64,000 bases of DNA, taken from contig NMRA01000040.1 of the NCBI GenBank assembly GCA_002633005.1, forward strand, positions 1,268,604 to 1,332,603, in the 5' to 3' direction. Source of the DNA: Phoronis australis. Taxonomy: Eukaryota; Animalia; Phoronida. Of this stretch, positions 12,131 to 23,810 are shown in pieces. Positions within the stretch are counted from its first letter, which is position 1, and every line of letters begins with the position of its first letter. Under the pieces are notes generated by a model that saw only the letters and a list, made by a program, of their open reading frames with translations, was not told the DNA's origin and searched no databases. The position numbers were made by a program, and so were the translations under genes.

Positions 12131-15032
12131 ACTATAACAGCTCTCTGTAAATGGTAGGACAATTGCATTGATACACATACTGCCTTCGATGTAAAAATGG
12201 AGAATAAGAGCGAATTTAGTTTAGAAAATACAAATGCAATACATATTAACAATGGCAGAGACATTAATAGGCACATCGTATGACACGGGAGAAAACTTCG
12301 TCTGGTTGTCATCACATTTCAGGTGAAGAATGGAATTGTTATCTAACAAATCAAGAACATGGGGTCAGTGACCTGGAAATCTCATTGAGAATTAAACTTT
12401 GCTTTTATTTATAATGGCTCACAACTGAACGAGTCTCCAATCAGGACGTTTCAGTGGAATGTAGTTCTTTCGTTGACGGCATCATTGAAACATCGCAACA
12501 ACGCTCATTAACTTATTTCGCCAAATTTTTAACCCCGGGCGGAAAACGAGATAATGCGAGTTCAATGGGCTTACACTAGGTAAACCATTTATGCTACTGC
12601 TGTAGCTTCAAGTATTTAAAAGCTATGATTTTGAAATGTGAATAATGTAGAAAATTGACATTTTTGAACATGTGCATTTTACCGCGTCTGACTAGAACGA
12701 TAGCTAACGTTTCTGGAATGAATTTCCGAATTTGTGAAAAGAAATAACCTGAACTTTTTGAAACATGTCATTGGTAATATTTTACAGTTTTAACAACTAA
12801 CTTGAACAAGGACACAACGACTGGCCGAGGGACAAAGACATGGCATGACCCACGCACTTGACAGACCTTATAAAACCAAACCGTGCTCTTGAAGATGGAG
12901 ACCTTTGTTTTGTTTACAGACTGGTCATTGATACTGGAATTTTTCGCATTCTTACTAGAGAGCACATCCTCCGTACATCAATATTATGACGGCTTCAATC
13001 ACTTTCTTTTCTTTCCAACAAGCCCATAATTTGCAAAGACCAGCAGGATAGAGCGTAAAATAAACCTCTTGAATTATTATCATATCGCATAAAACCGTTT
13101 CATTTGTCTTCTCAACAGCCATCGAAAATTCAATGAGATGATTACTCAATAAAACTCAACGATCATTTTACGGCAGACGACACAATCGGCCGCTCAGACG
13201 ACACTAAAGCGCGCGCGGCATCCTGCAGCGATTCTCGCACACTCACCGTGGCAGCGGACCGCGAAGTCAAAGGAGAAAAATTTTAGCGAATTTGAAGAGT
13301 CATTATAGAATTCATTCTTATTTCATACACTGCGTGATACTCCAGGCTTAGGCAGCTGATGTGGCGTTAAGACGTCTTAAGGAGATTATTGAGTCTTTTA
13401 ATTTCTGATAAGAACGGTATGTCATTGTTACATATGTCTGTCAAGTGGAGAGGTAGCTGGTTATTACCTCAATAGTATCATGGACTATTTATACGGATTT
13501 GAGAATTTGTATCATGGTTAAACAAGAGAGTCGGGATTTGGGAACGAGCTGGTTTATTGAGCCATAATTACGTTGCGTGCAAATGATAGTCCAGCGAACT
13601 GGCATTGTCCGAATTGTTATGCAATCAGGAAGATTTCACAGTGGTTAATATGCTCACAAAAGACTGCACGTGCTGTCTTTTCAAATGCCATCGGTCAGAG
13701 TTTGAGTTGGCTTTTTCTAATTCAACTTGTTATAATATTGTGCGTGTCAAGTTTATGGAAACATGACTTTCTGACACCTGCTTTGACAATCACGTGTCTA
13801 ACAATTTAATAATACATTACGCTATTTCTATGAGGTTTCGCTTTTTAGCTAAAATAATGGTCGGGAAAATTTCGCAACGACAAAAGAACTTAACACCGAG
13901 TATAATACACATGCATTGAATTTACTGTCGCATTACAGCTTTGCAATTCACTTTGACTCTAACACATGTATTTCTGACGCAGAGAGTTCAGACAATAATG
14001 CATTCAGAGACAATGCATTGCACAGTGGCTAGTGTAATATCAGACACCTAAATTCTTCTCTAGCGTACGTAATTGACCTCTCGCGGGTGCTAACTCTCAA
14101 TTTCCGCACTATTTTTCCGGTACATTATTCTCTGCACGTTGTGGCACATCCCCGCTCACGCCGCAGAGACGCGTCCATCGAGCTGCAGGAATATTTTCAT
14201 TAGTTTCATTTTTATCAACACAGCATTACTTTGACTACACAATGAGGATGTTATCCAGTTTGCTTAATTTCTTAGCAGAAATTTTCATACTTCATGTGAA
14301 CGCATGTTAACGGCATACGAGGACAACCGCCGTGTATTGTCGAGCGCAAAAGTAAATTAGCATTTCCCCTGTGTTCATAACCACACTAATACTGTACATG
14401 AAAGTTTAATTATTTTCGTTGTCATTTTTATTGCTTAAGGGCAAAATTGCAAAGTGATTTTGCATAAAACGAATCGTCGATAATTACAGGATATGAGTTT
14501 ACAAGTAGAGACTTTTCACAGTTGATTTGTGCGTAGCGATTTTATTTCAGGTCATGCAAAGTGGCCCAGAAGAAGGGAACGACCTTAGAAGGTATAGAAT
14601 TGCTTACGCGGACAGGGAATAATGTGCAGGAGCATTTAGCTGGTCCGTTTGCGTTCAAAAGGGAAAATGTACACGGGACGCGAAAAGTTGTTAGAGAGAT
14701 GGAATAGGCATCCACGAGAGGGCAATAGGGTGCGCGAGGGAAGAATTTTGTGCGAGAGCATCCTCGGGCAGGCAGGGAGGTATAAGAGCTTTGATGTGAG
14801 GTTTAAGTTAAGGTTGAGTACAATTATAACTTTGAACTAAATTGGTATATACTCCATGTATATTAGCCGAAAATCTAAATTTTATTTAAGCCTAGTTGCA
14901 AATTTGCCATCGACTTCAGACGTATGGTCAACTCAGCGGGAACGCGAGAATAAGGCAGAGCACAACACACCGTATGTAGATGTGTATTTTAGTTTCAAGC
15001 CTCGCACGCAGACCAAGTGGCTTCTGGGTGAA

Positions 15033-15168
15033 GTTCAGTAACGCTAGGTCCTCGCTAAAAGCATGACTTCTCGAGACTACGCGATATGTTGCCGTTTATT
15101 TTAATGAGTTCTTGTGATTTTGGCTAGATTTTAGTGAGGTCTTAGCGTAGGTCCTCGCGTTACTTAAC
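15033..15168. mobile_element. MITE with GTTCAGTAACGCTAGG-type TIRs (family C)
   Basis: GTTCAGTAACGCTAGGTCC ... GGTCCTCGCGTTACTTAAC. Homologous in inverted orientation to 56022-56172. Confidence 0.75.
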
Positions 15169-18100
15169 TCTGCTCGATGTATATACCATGTCCGGAACGT
15201 TAAAGTAGGGAAAATGGGGCAATGTTGGACATGCTTCGCTGAGGATAAGTTGACCGTGCGGTAATTTATCTCCTACGGGTCGCAAATATCATTCGCCAGT
15301 ACAATACACCGCATAGCGGTGGCGGCTACGGAACAGACTTTCATAATCAATGACCGGAAAGTGTCCATCAACCCAATATTGATATGATAATCGGTAATAG
15401 GATTTTTAAGAGGATGCATGTGCGCTGAACCCCAGCACAGATTTTGATATTAAAAAGTTTAAGTATTTTTAGCAGCTGTGGGTTGTGTAAAAGATATTTA
15501 AGAAATCAAAACCTATCAACCAGTTCATGCTAACGTAATAGTTTTTGACAGTGATGTTTCGCGGTTATTGATTATTTTCTAAAATAATCCGAAATCGACC
15601 CATCAATTCAGTCACTAGACACGGACATTTTTAGCAAAATACGGCAGTGTTCATACTAATTCTACGCGATTTACAATTTATTCATAGGTATGATGGAGAT
15701 AAGTTAAACTTTTTACAATTGTATTTACTTCAATTGATGGTCATTCGGAGAAAGAATGGAGGAGGTTTGAAATATTTTTTGAACTTCGGGATTCCGTAAC
15801 TACCCATCGGAGCGCGTCCATAGTCGATATGTGATATCAAGACAAAAACTTTTCTGTTTTCAAGAAGTTAGTCAAGATCGTTCATACATGTTTACCCAAC
15901 CTTCATCCACCCATTCACATGTGTAAAGTGCTCTTCGGTAATGACGTGAATGATACAAGGTACACTCCACCATTCTTCACAACAACCTCAATCCATGTTG
16001 TCGTCTGCGTGTTCTCTCGCGCTGTTGTTTCGAGGCCTATCGAGAGCACCTGAGCGGCAGCGCTTTGCGGATTTTCCAAAATGTCAACTGTTGGCTTAGA
16101 GGTGTTATGTCCCCTCATAAACATTTGAGGAAGCTTAGAGTATTCGACACTACTCTTCAAGCCTGCTTCACTACGAATGTGAAGAGCAGGTACTTTGAAA
16201 GGCAACCGTATCATTGACATAAGAGTGAGAGGTAAAATCTTTTAAAAAGAAATAACAAATATTGAACCAACTTGACATCTACGCGTTATTTTTGGAAATG
16301 TAGACTTTTGTTTATACATGGGTAAGATCTAGACATACGTAAGGAGTAGAAAATCACTCACATAGTATTTTCTGTAACTAAAGGTGTACGCAGAAAATCT
16401 CCCAGAATACAACAGTAAAGGTAACGAGATACTATCTAGTAGAATGTTGCGTTCCGTAGGCTGTAGATATTAGCCATGCACGTGCAGGGAGTAGTGTTTT
16501 GCTTATGGAATGGAATCACTGTACTTGATCCCATACGTAACTATCACTAATCATCGGCCCGCAACGGCTGACCCGCGAAGTCGAGATCCTAACTTCATAA
16601 ATGATCTGAAACAACGCTGCAGCATTCACGCACTGATAAATGTATTATCAAGCGATGCTTTCGTAATTTGAAAGTAATTGCACATGAATGAGTACATGCA
16701 GCAATTAATATTTCGTTTCTTTAACTTTTAATTTCTGTATGGATCACCACGGAACTAAATTTTTAACTTTTTAGCCAGATAATGTATATAATTATTCTTT
16801 ATTTTTTATCGTGTACTTCTTGTTGCATTTATTACTATAATAATATATATTTTCATAAAATAAATCAACTGATTAATTTATTTCCTCGTTATTTAAAAAG
16901 AAATCTTTGTTTCATAGTCGGATCTCCAGACAAAGAGAGTGCAGTGTATATCTCTGTTAGTTCTACCTCGTTCTCTATCACGCGAGTGCGCGCGTGCTAA
17001 GCACGCGTGCTCAACTATGGACTATAGCCTCGTTCTAGCCTGCAGCGCGCAATCGACTTGTCCCTCTAAGCCGAAAATACTGTCCATGTTGATGGTTGTA
17101 TTGTCGTCCTTATCTGGAAAGTCACGTGAATTGACTAGCCACATAGGTGTCGCCTCATAGCTACACATGTTGTACGAATTAATACCAGCGTTGAACACGC
17201 ACACACTGAGATTGTAAACGTGTTACCGTTACCTGGCGGACATCAAAAGAATTGAAAGTATAAGATAATTTATTGTGATGAGAGTGCCTAAGTTGTGAGA
17301 ACCAACCTTCGTTGCTAAGTTACTCGTCATCACTTATATGACCAACCATGACTCAGAACAGACCGGAGCGCTCTAGTCTCTCGCATTAGTTCTATCGTCA
17401 TCCGAATAAAACAATTTAATAAACCAGTTGACGTAAGACCAATGTAGCCAATTTATGCATGTAGACTCGAGAAACACACAGCAGCAATGGTATATATCTA
17501 CAGGGTTTGCCTTCTTATGGTCAGAATGGTCCTCTTGGCAAAGTTTTCGATCCTCATTCTGACTGGGCAATTATATCGCCCTGGATGCCGCAGGCATACA
17601 GAGGCGATAGTACATCAGCATAAAAAGTTACACATTTCAAAATACAGCAAAAATCGAATGAAACATGCATAAATGCACATGGAGTTAAAATTAACACATA
17701 TCATGAATACAATTTAGTCAACATAACTTTAACATGTCCATGAAAATCTGTCGCGGTTCGCTTGAGTTTCTCTCACCGGGTACCATTTTGAGGAAGTTAC
17801 GAGAAATCACGCCAGTTAACGAACAAAAAGTCCAAGGGACACAAAACTCACAATTCCACCTGACATCTTCCCATGCTATTTTGCAAGTATCACGCGCCAG
17901 GGCACGCTCTTCGCTCAGTCTCGCGCTAGCCTTAGCCCAGCTCACGGGACTCATTTGAAATATTTTATAGTCCCCAAAACCACCCAATGCGCTGTTTGGG
18001 TAATGAATGCCTTTTCGGTAGCTCGATTTTGAGGAGTATACGCCGATTCAGAACCGTATGTCATGTATCTAAAGTTTGTTCGTTTTGTGTTGGGGGAGAG

Positions 18101-19286
18101 GGGGGGGGGGGAGCAGGAGAGGACGGTTAAATCAGGAAGCACTGATCTTCAGACATGCTTACCCTGACCGTGAAGCTCGCAAATTACGGGAAACGATTTG
18201 GATACTGAAAACAGGTGATTCAAAGCTCTATTTCCTGTTTAATGCGATCAGATGCAGCGACGAAGAACTTAATTTTAAATGGACCGTAGCCAAATGTAAA
18301 GAACAGATCTCGCCGAGAAGCAAGCGTTTCCATTGGTTACACCAAACAAATTGAATTCCAAGATAAAGATCTTTGATATAATTTACGGTTCACGCGTCAG
18401 TGACGTAGGTTCTGGCTAATACCTCGTGATACACTGCAACAAAATTGTCTACTCTTTTCTTGAAGCGTCAAACAAAAAGACGGCCTTCGTAATGACAGAT
18501 TAAGTATTTTGGACTGACAAACGAGCGACAGACACAGGTACACTGCCAATATCCGGGGCTTTTAAACACGTGAAAATTCACTTTCTGCAACTGATCCGAA
18601 GATAGGATGCATTTTGTTAGGGAATATTTACTCGGCGAAATATCGCCCGAGGCCGATTCTCAATTTACATTAAATCAGTGTACAGTGGCATTAGTTCCGG
18701 CGGATGAAATGTTGGGGCACCAAGACTTTTTGAGTAATGCTGAGTTGTACTTGCATACACTCTAGACATTGACAAACGTCGCACTGCTTCGTCCATTATG
18801 ACATTCTAATACGATACACAGTTATATCGGCTACTCTCACTACTGAATATACAGGGCGTGCCGATAACCAATTTTTTACCTAAGAAAATACACGAATTAC
18901 GATTTTAAAACAAAAATTTCCAACCAATAGCGAATGGAATGGCAAGGTCTTCATAGTTTTGAATGAATGGGATAGCACACCAGAGCCTAACAATTGTTCA
19001 AGAGTCGTTTTCACAGCTGTGAATCTTGTAGATGTTGGAAATACAGGCCACTGTTATTCTAGTCGGACTATTCAAACAACGATGAGCCTCCACCAAAATA
19101 ACACTGCTCACTTCTGCTGACAGGTTTGCGGTCTATAAAAAACAACTAGGGTTAGGCTAGGTTGGCAGTCACTCCGTGGCTAAGATGACACGATATGAAA
19201 CTATGCGTGCCAAGTGCTCTTACGCTTCAACAGAAAACCCCTGTAGGTTGCACTGCACAGATTAATAACCATTACGAACTAACCAG

Positions 19287-19669
19287 TTAAAGAGATATTT
19301 TAAGGCCCAAAACGCGTTTTGCGGGTTTTTGTTGGATGCAATAGACTTAGTGGTTTTCCGAGATAACCCCCCAACGCAAATTCGAACCCGCTGAGGAAAC
19401 TCCCGGTCGCAACAAAACGCTCTATTGGCAGAGCTACACCCCCAATCGATAAGTAGCACAGTGGTTCAAGCGAATTTCACTAGTAAAGTCACCGACCATG
19501 ATTACAGCGAATATCTGCCGGACAACGGTGGGAATTGACGATTTGAAATAAAATCTGGAAAACACGAGAGGCTTTATTGTTTCAAATCTAATAACATCAA
19601 AACTTCGTCTTGTACACCCACAATCCCAAATATGCGACTTCCGGTGGTAAAACAATAACGGCCCTTTAA
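19287..19669 (-). mobile_element. TTAA-ended (Kolobok-like) element with tRNA-like cassette, copy 2
   Basis: TTAA at 19287-19290 and 19666-19669 with AG-starting termini. Colinear similarity with 21365-21679. tRNA-like segment at 19367-19443(-): GGGGGTG-TA-GCTC-loop-GAGC...GGTTCGAAT. Confidence 0.65.
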
Positions 19670-20729
19670 TAAATGGCAGAGCACTTTCCTAAAAGCTGAA
19701 ACTTACATTTTAAAGTGGTAGCAGAGAGTTCAGGATTGTCTACGTCGGCAGCTTCCTCACCGTTGTCGCAACATCGCTCTAGTCATTAATTTTGCACACA
19801 TTTTGTTCACAGCCATTTATGTTTTTCGACATTTAGCGGAGCCACGTGATGTCACTCCTTCATCTTATTCTAGGCAGTTTATGCCATGCACGTTCGGCAG
19901 AAACGGAAACCTGCATAGCGCACACTGTGTTCACTGCGCATGTCGTCACAACGCCAGTCACACTCAACTTTTTTCGCCACCGCCTCATCCATGTGAACGG
20001 CGACAGAATGACTTCGGTGGCCGAGTTTACAAAAGGTTACGGATTAACAAACAAACAAGCATAGTGGACATACACCACTCAATAGAATAAACAGTAGCCG
20101 ATCGATGGCTTTCTAGACCTAAATGCCCAACACAGTTTTCAAAGAGTGAAGTCGATCGCCTAAAGGGAGCAACCCTCATGCATGAATAGGCAAGCCACAC
20201 AGCGCCACACAATGGTCACGCAGACTACCCGGTTACGTTTGACATTTTCAATACATATATTCATGAACTTGTCCATCACAGTATTGCATAAGTCCATGGT
20301 GCAGTACAAAAAAACAGAATCACTTGTTAACTCGATCAATCAATTAAACGCGAACTAAATTGCCACCAGAAAATTAATACTAGATCTAGCAGCTCTGTTC
20401 CGTACTCAGTTGAAGAAATATAATTCTCCCCTGATGTTTCATAATTTGGTTTACCTTTAACTCAGCGCAATAAACCCTACAAGATACATCGCACGCGAAC
20501 AACAATTGCCTGTCAATGATGCTTTGAGAAAATGTGTTTGTACTTTGACAGGCGATTTGTGTATGCCTTTTATTTCCAGTCTATTTTTTTTTCATTTCAA
20601 TCCAGAAACCTCCACCTACCTGCAATATACATTTAACAAACACGAGATTTCAAACATTGAGGAACTCAATGGCTACCTCATGGGAAATATTGCCTGTGAC
20701 ACCATATGGCCGTTGGCACGACCAGTCGG

Positions 20730-21562
20730 TGAAAGCTTGTCCAATAAGTATTGCTCAACGAACTTTTGTCTTAGAATATTGTCAAATTGCTTCATACGTA
20801 ATGAATAATATACAAACAAGAAAAGAATTTTCTGTCGGAACTGTTTACTTGCGAACCATGCTAAACTCGCTGACTCTCTGCAACAGCGATACAACACTCA
20901 ACGTCATAATTCTCAATTTCACCTGCGACTATATCAGTTAATCTCGCATTTAAAGGGGCATTACGGGTTTTCAGCCGAAATGTCACATTCTTGAGATGGA
21001 GCTATAAAAAAATCTAAACCCGCGTTTTAGTAATTTTAGTGCAAATAAACAATACTTGCCCTTGCCTGTCAGACATTTGCTGAAGATCAAGCCCGGTGGC
21101 TTTACGAGGTTAATACGCTTAAATACCTTGCCAATCCATTCGTNTGAAAGCTTGTCCAATAAGTATTGCTCAACGAACTTTTGTCTTAGAATATTGTCAA
21201 ATTGCTTCATACGTAATGAATAATATACAAACAAGAAAAGAATTTTCTGTCGGAACTGTTTACTTGCGAACCATGCTAAACTCGCTGACTCTCTGCAACA
21301 GCGATACAACACTCAACGTCATAATTCTCAATTTCACCTGCGACTATATCAGTTAATCTCGCATTTAAAGGGGCATTACGGGTTTTCAGCCGAAATGTCA
21401 CATTCTTGAGATGGAGCTATAAAAAAAATCTAAACCCTTCGCGTTTTAGTGATTTTAGTGCAAATAAACAATACTTGCCCTTGCCTGTCAGGCATTTGCT
21501 GAAGATCAAGCCCGGTGGCTTTACGAGGTTAATACGCTTAAATACCTTGCCAATCCAGTCGT
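20730..21562. other. Probable assembly artefact: 414/418-bp duplication joined by a single N (21144)
   Basis: 20730-21143 is repeated at 21145-21562 with 3 substitutions and two small indels, and the N lies exactly at the junction. Confidence 0.85.
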
Positions 21563-21679
21563 GTTTTGTTCCGCCATAAGAGCGTTAGACTGCGACCACG
21601 GTGGCTGCAGGTTCGATTACGTGCTGTGGCTGATCTCAGAAAACCATTTTTCTCCTCGAATATGTCTCATGAACTTTAA
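21365..21679 (+). mobile_element. TTAA-ended (Kolobok-like) element with tRNA-like cassette, copy 3 (its 5' part is also duplicated at 20950-21143)
   Basis: Starts TTAAAGGGGCATTAC and ends CTTTAA. Contains AGAGCGTTAGACTGCGAC...GGTTCGATT followed by TCTCAGAAAACCA, which is shared with copy 2. Confidence 0.65.
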
Positions 21680-23604
21680 CAGTTTCAGTAAAAAACTACT
21701 ACTTCACTAATGCGTTACGCTGTTCTTGCGGATGTTTTAGTTGTCACGTGACCTGCTCATAAAACTGCAGAAAATTTTAGGTCCTCGCTTGTATGATTGT
21801 ACCATCTTTAAATATTGGAATCATCATGCACGTGTTCACCCCTAATAGTAAATGATACTTGTGAAATTAATCGAAATGACACTGCGATCTTAGGTGTACG
21901 GCTAAAACGTTCTCCCAACGAACTGGATGGGTGTATTTTTTCACTTGCTTGGAAGGACTAGAAATTTCAATATACCGGTTAAGGATCGTTTTTGTGTCGA
22001 AGCTGGGAACCCATGCATGTCGACAGCCATTTGGAACATCTAGGTTATTCTTAGACTTTAATTTAAGGCTCCGATGTGCGCTGTCGAATGGCCGACAGTT
22101 TATAGACACCCATCTGCTGAGTGTGTACCAGGTAGCATCGATTGATTTGCTTCCCTAAACAGGCAAGTAGATTGACAAACAGAGGATCAGGACACGTGGC
22201 CGCATACTCAGGTTCATATTACACACGTTAAAAGCAGACCTCTAGAAAAAAATTTAGAATAATAAATATATATATCACAGAATAGAATTTGGTGAGTGAT
22301 GAATTTCGAGCTACGAGCGACGCGCACACTTTCGTTTGGTTTCACGTAAAAACGACAACAAGGGGCATGATTATTGAAGTATCGTAGGACCACGGTCGAT
22401 AGTGCCAACGCACTCTGACATTCCATACGGAACACCTCGGGTATTCCCGTAATCTCAGATGTCCTCTAGGTACGCAGTCGTATGGCAAGTTGTGTGACTT
22501 TCAAACTCGAGAATGTTTAGCTTGTTTAGCTAGTTGACTGATATCCGCACATGCGCAGACAACGTTCACCTCTGAGAAGATATGATCCCGTAGATTAGTT
22601 CGCAGCGGAGACTAAAATGCTCCGATCTATTCCAGCTCATGGAGTAACGAAGCAACGTATGTTGCTCTACCCCTCTCCCTTCAAAACGGGCATAGATTTA
22701 TTCCATACAGAATAATTGTGCTTTACTATTATTTGATGAGCATCCAGAAACGAATACTCAGCGCCTATGCTGCCCCCTACCCTTTAAATCGTAGCAAATG
22801 CGAAGCACTGATGAAAACCTCAACCTACATACTGTACACTTGTCTTCGCGCTGTACTCCTTGCGCATGTGCGATATTTAGAACAATTTATTATGTACATA
22901 TAGTAGGATAACATACGTGGTGCTACGTATTCTCTACAGCCTTTTTAGTGCGAAAAGTAAAACAGGTATTCGCTTGTTTCGTATTACATCATTTTGACAT
23001 TTTGGACCCAAAGAAATAAAATAAAATGGCTAGATTAAAAACAATGATAATAATAGGTATGACTAGAAATTACTAAGGATTTGGAAAAGTATAATTATTA
23101 TAAACTTTGAAAGTTTCTCTGCGTCTAAGCAATCCCGCAACATTTAAGTACTTACTGGCAGTATGATTTTACCATTCAAGGACAAATTTGAGCATTTTGA
23201 CACAAGCCAACTCGAACCGGGGACTTGTCGTGTATTGGAGGTTACGAAAATACCCCAGGTATTCCGGATGCGTGATATCCCACAGTTCCTTGCGCAGACG
23301 ACCTGTCGCGGCAATGTACGTAAAAAGATCACTATGCATACGACCTTATGCCTTTGGTAGCGCGTGCCCTAGGCGCCATCAGTGAACATCGCCACTTCAC
23401 ACGTGCGATTTCGGATTCAGTACGATTTAGAAGAACCTCATTGCAAAATTATTAGCACAATGTAGGAAATGTAAGAGTAACGAGTTGTTATAAACTTGGA
23501 GCGATGCGTAGTAAGCGCCTTTTGGTGTTTCAGTTCGCAATAACAAGAAGTCCATGTGTTACACGTAAGCACAATCGTACCAACACTCCTTAATTTCAAC
23601 ATAC

Positions 23605-23810
23605 CTGTAATAATCTTCTTTGCAATAAATGTTCCCGTCCTTGGCGTAACACGTTAACTCGGAGTCCAGTTCCACATTGCAGTCGACACATTTCAAGCAG
23701 CCTGCATGCCACTGTTTGTCTACCGCCAACAGGTAATAGCGATCCAAAATTTTCCGGCCACAACCGAAACATATGGAAGGGGTCTCGGCAATGTTGGCGA
23801 CAGGCATGTT
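23605..23810 (-). CDS. Lhx2/9: Lhx2/9 (apterous) exon: LIM domain 1
   Basis: NMPVANIAETPSICFGCGRKILDRYYLLAVDKQWHAGCLKCVDCNVELDSELTCYAKDGNIYCKEDYY(R) is nearly identical to LHX2/LHX9 LIM1. Acceptor TTGCTTTCAG| at 23811-23812 and donor AG|GTATGT at 23604. The exon is 206 nt, phase 0 to phase 2. Confidence 0.97.

Noticed and set aside
11794-12315. ORFs spanning the N run
   Set aside because: They are open only because Ns contain no stop codons.
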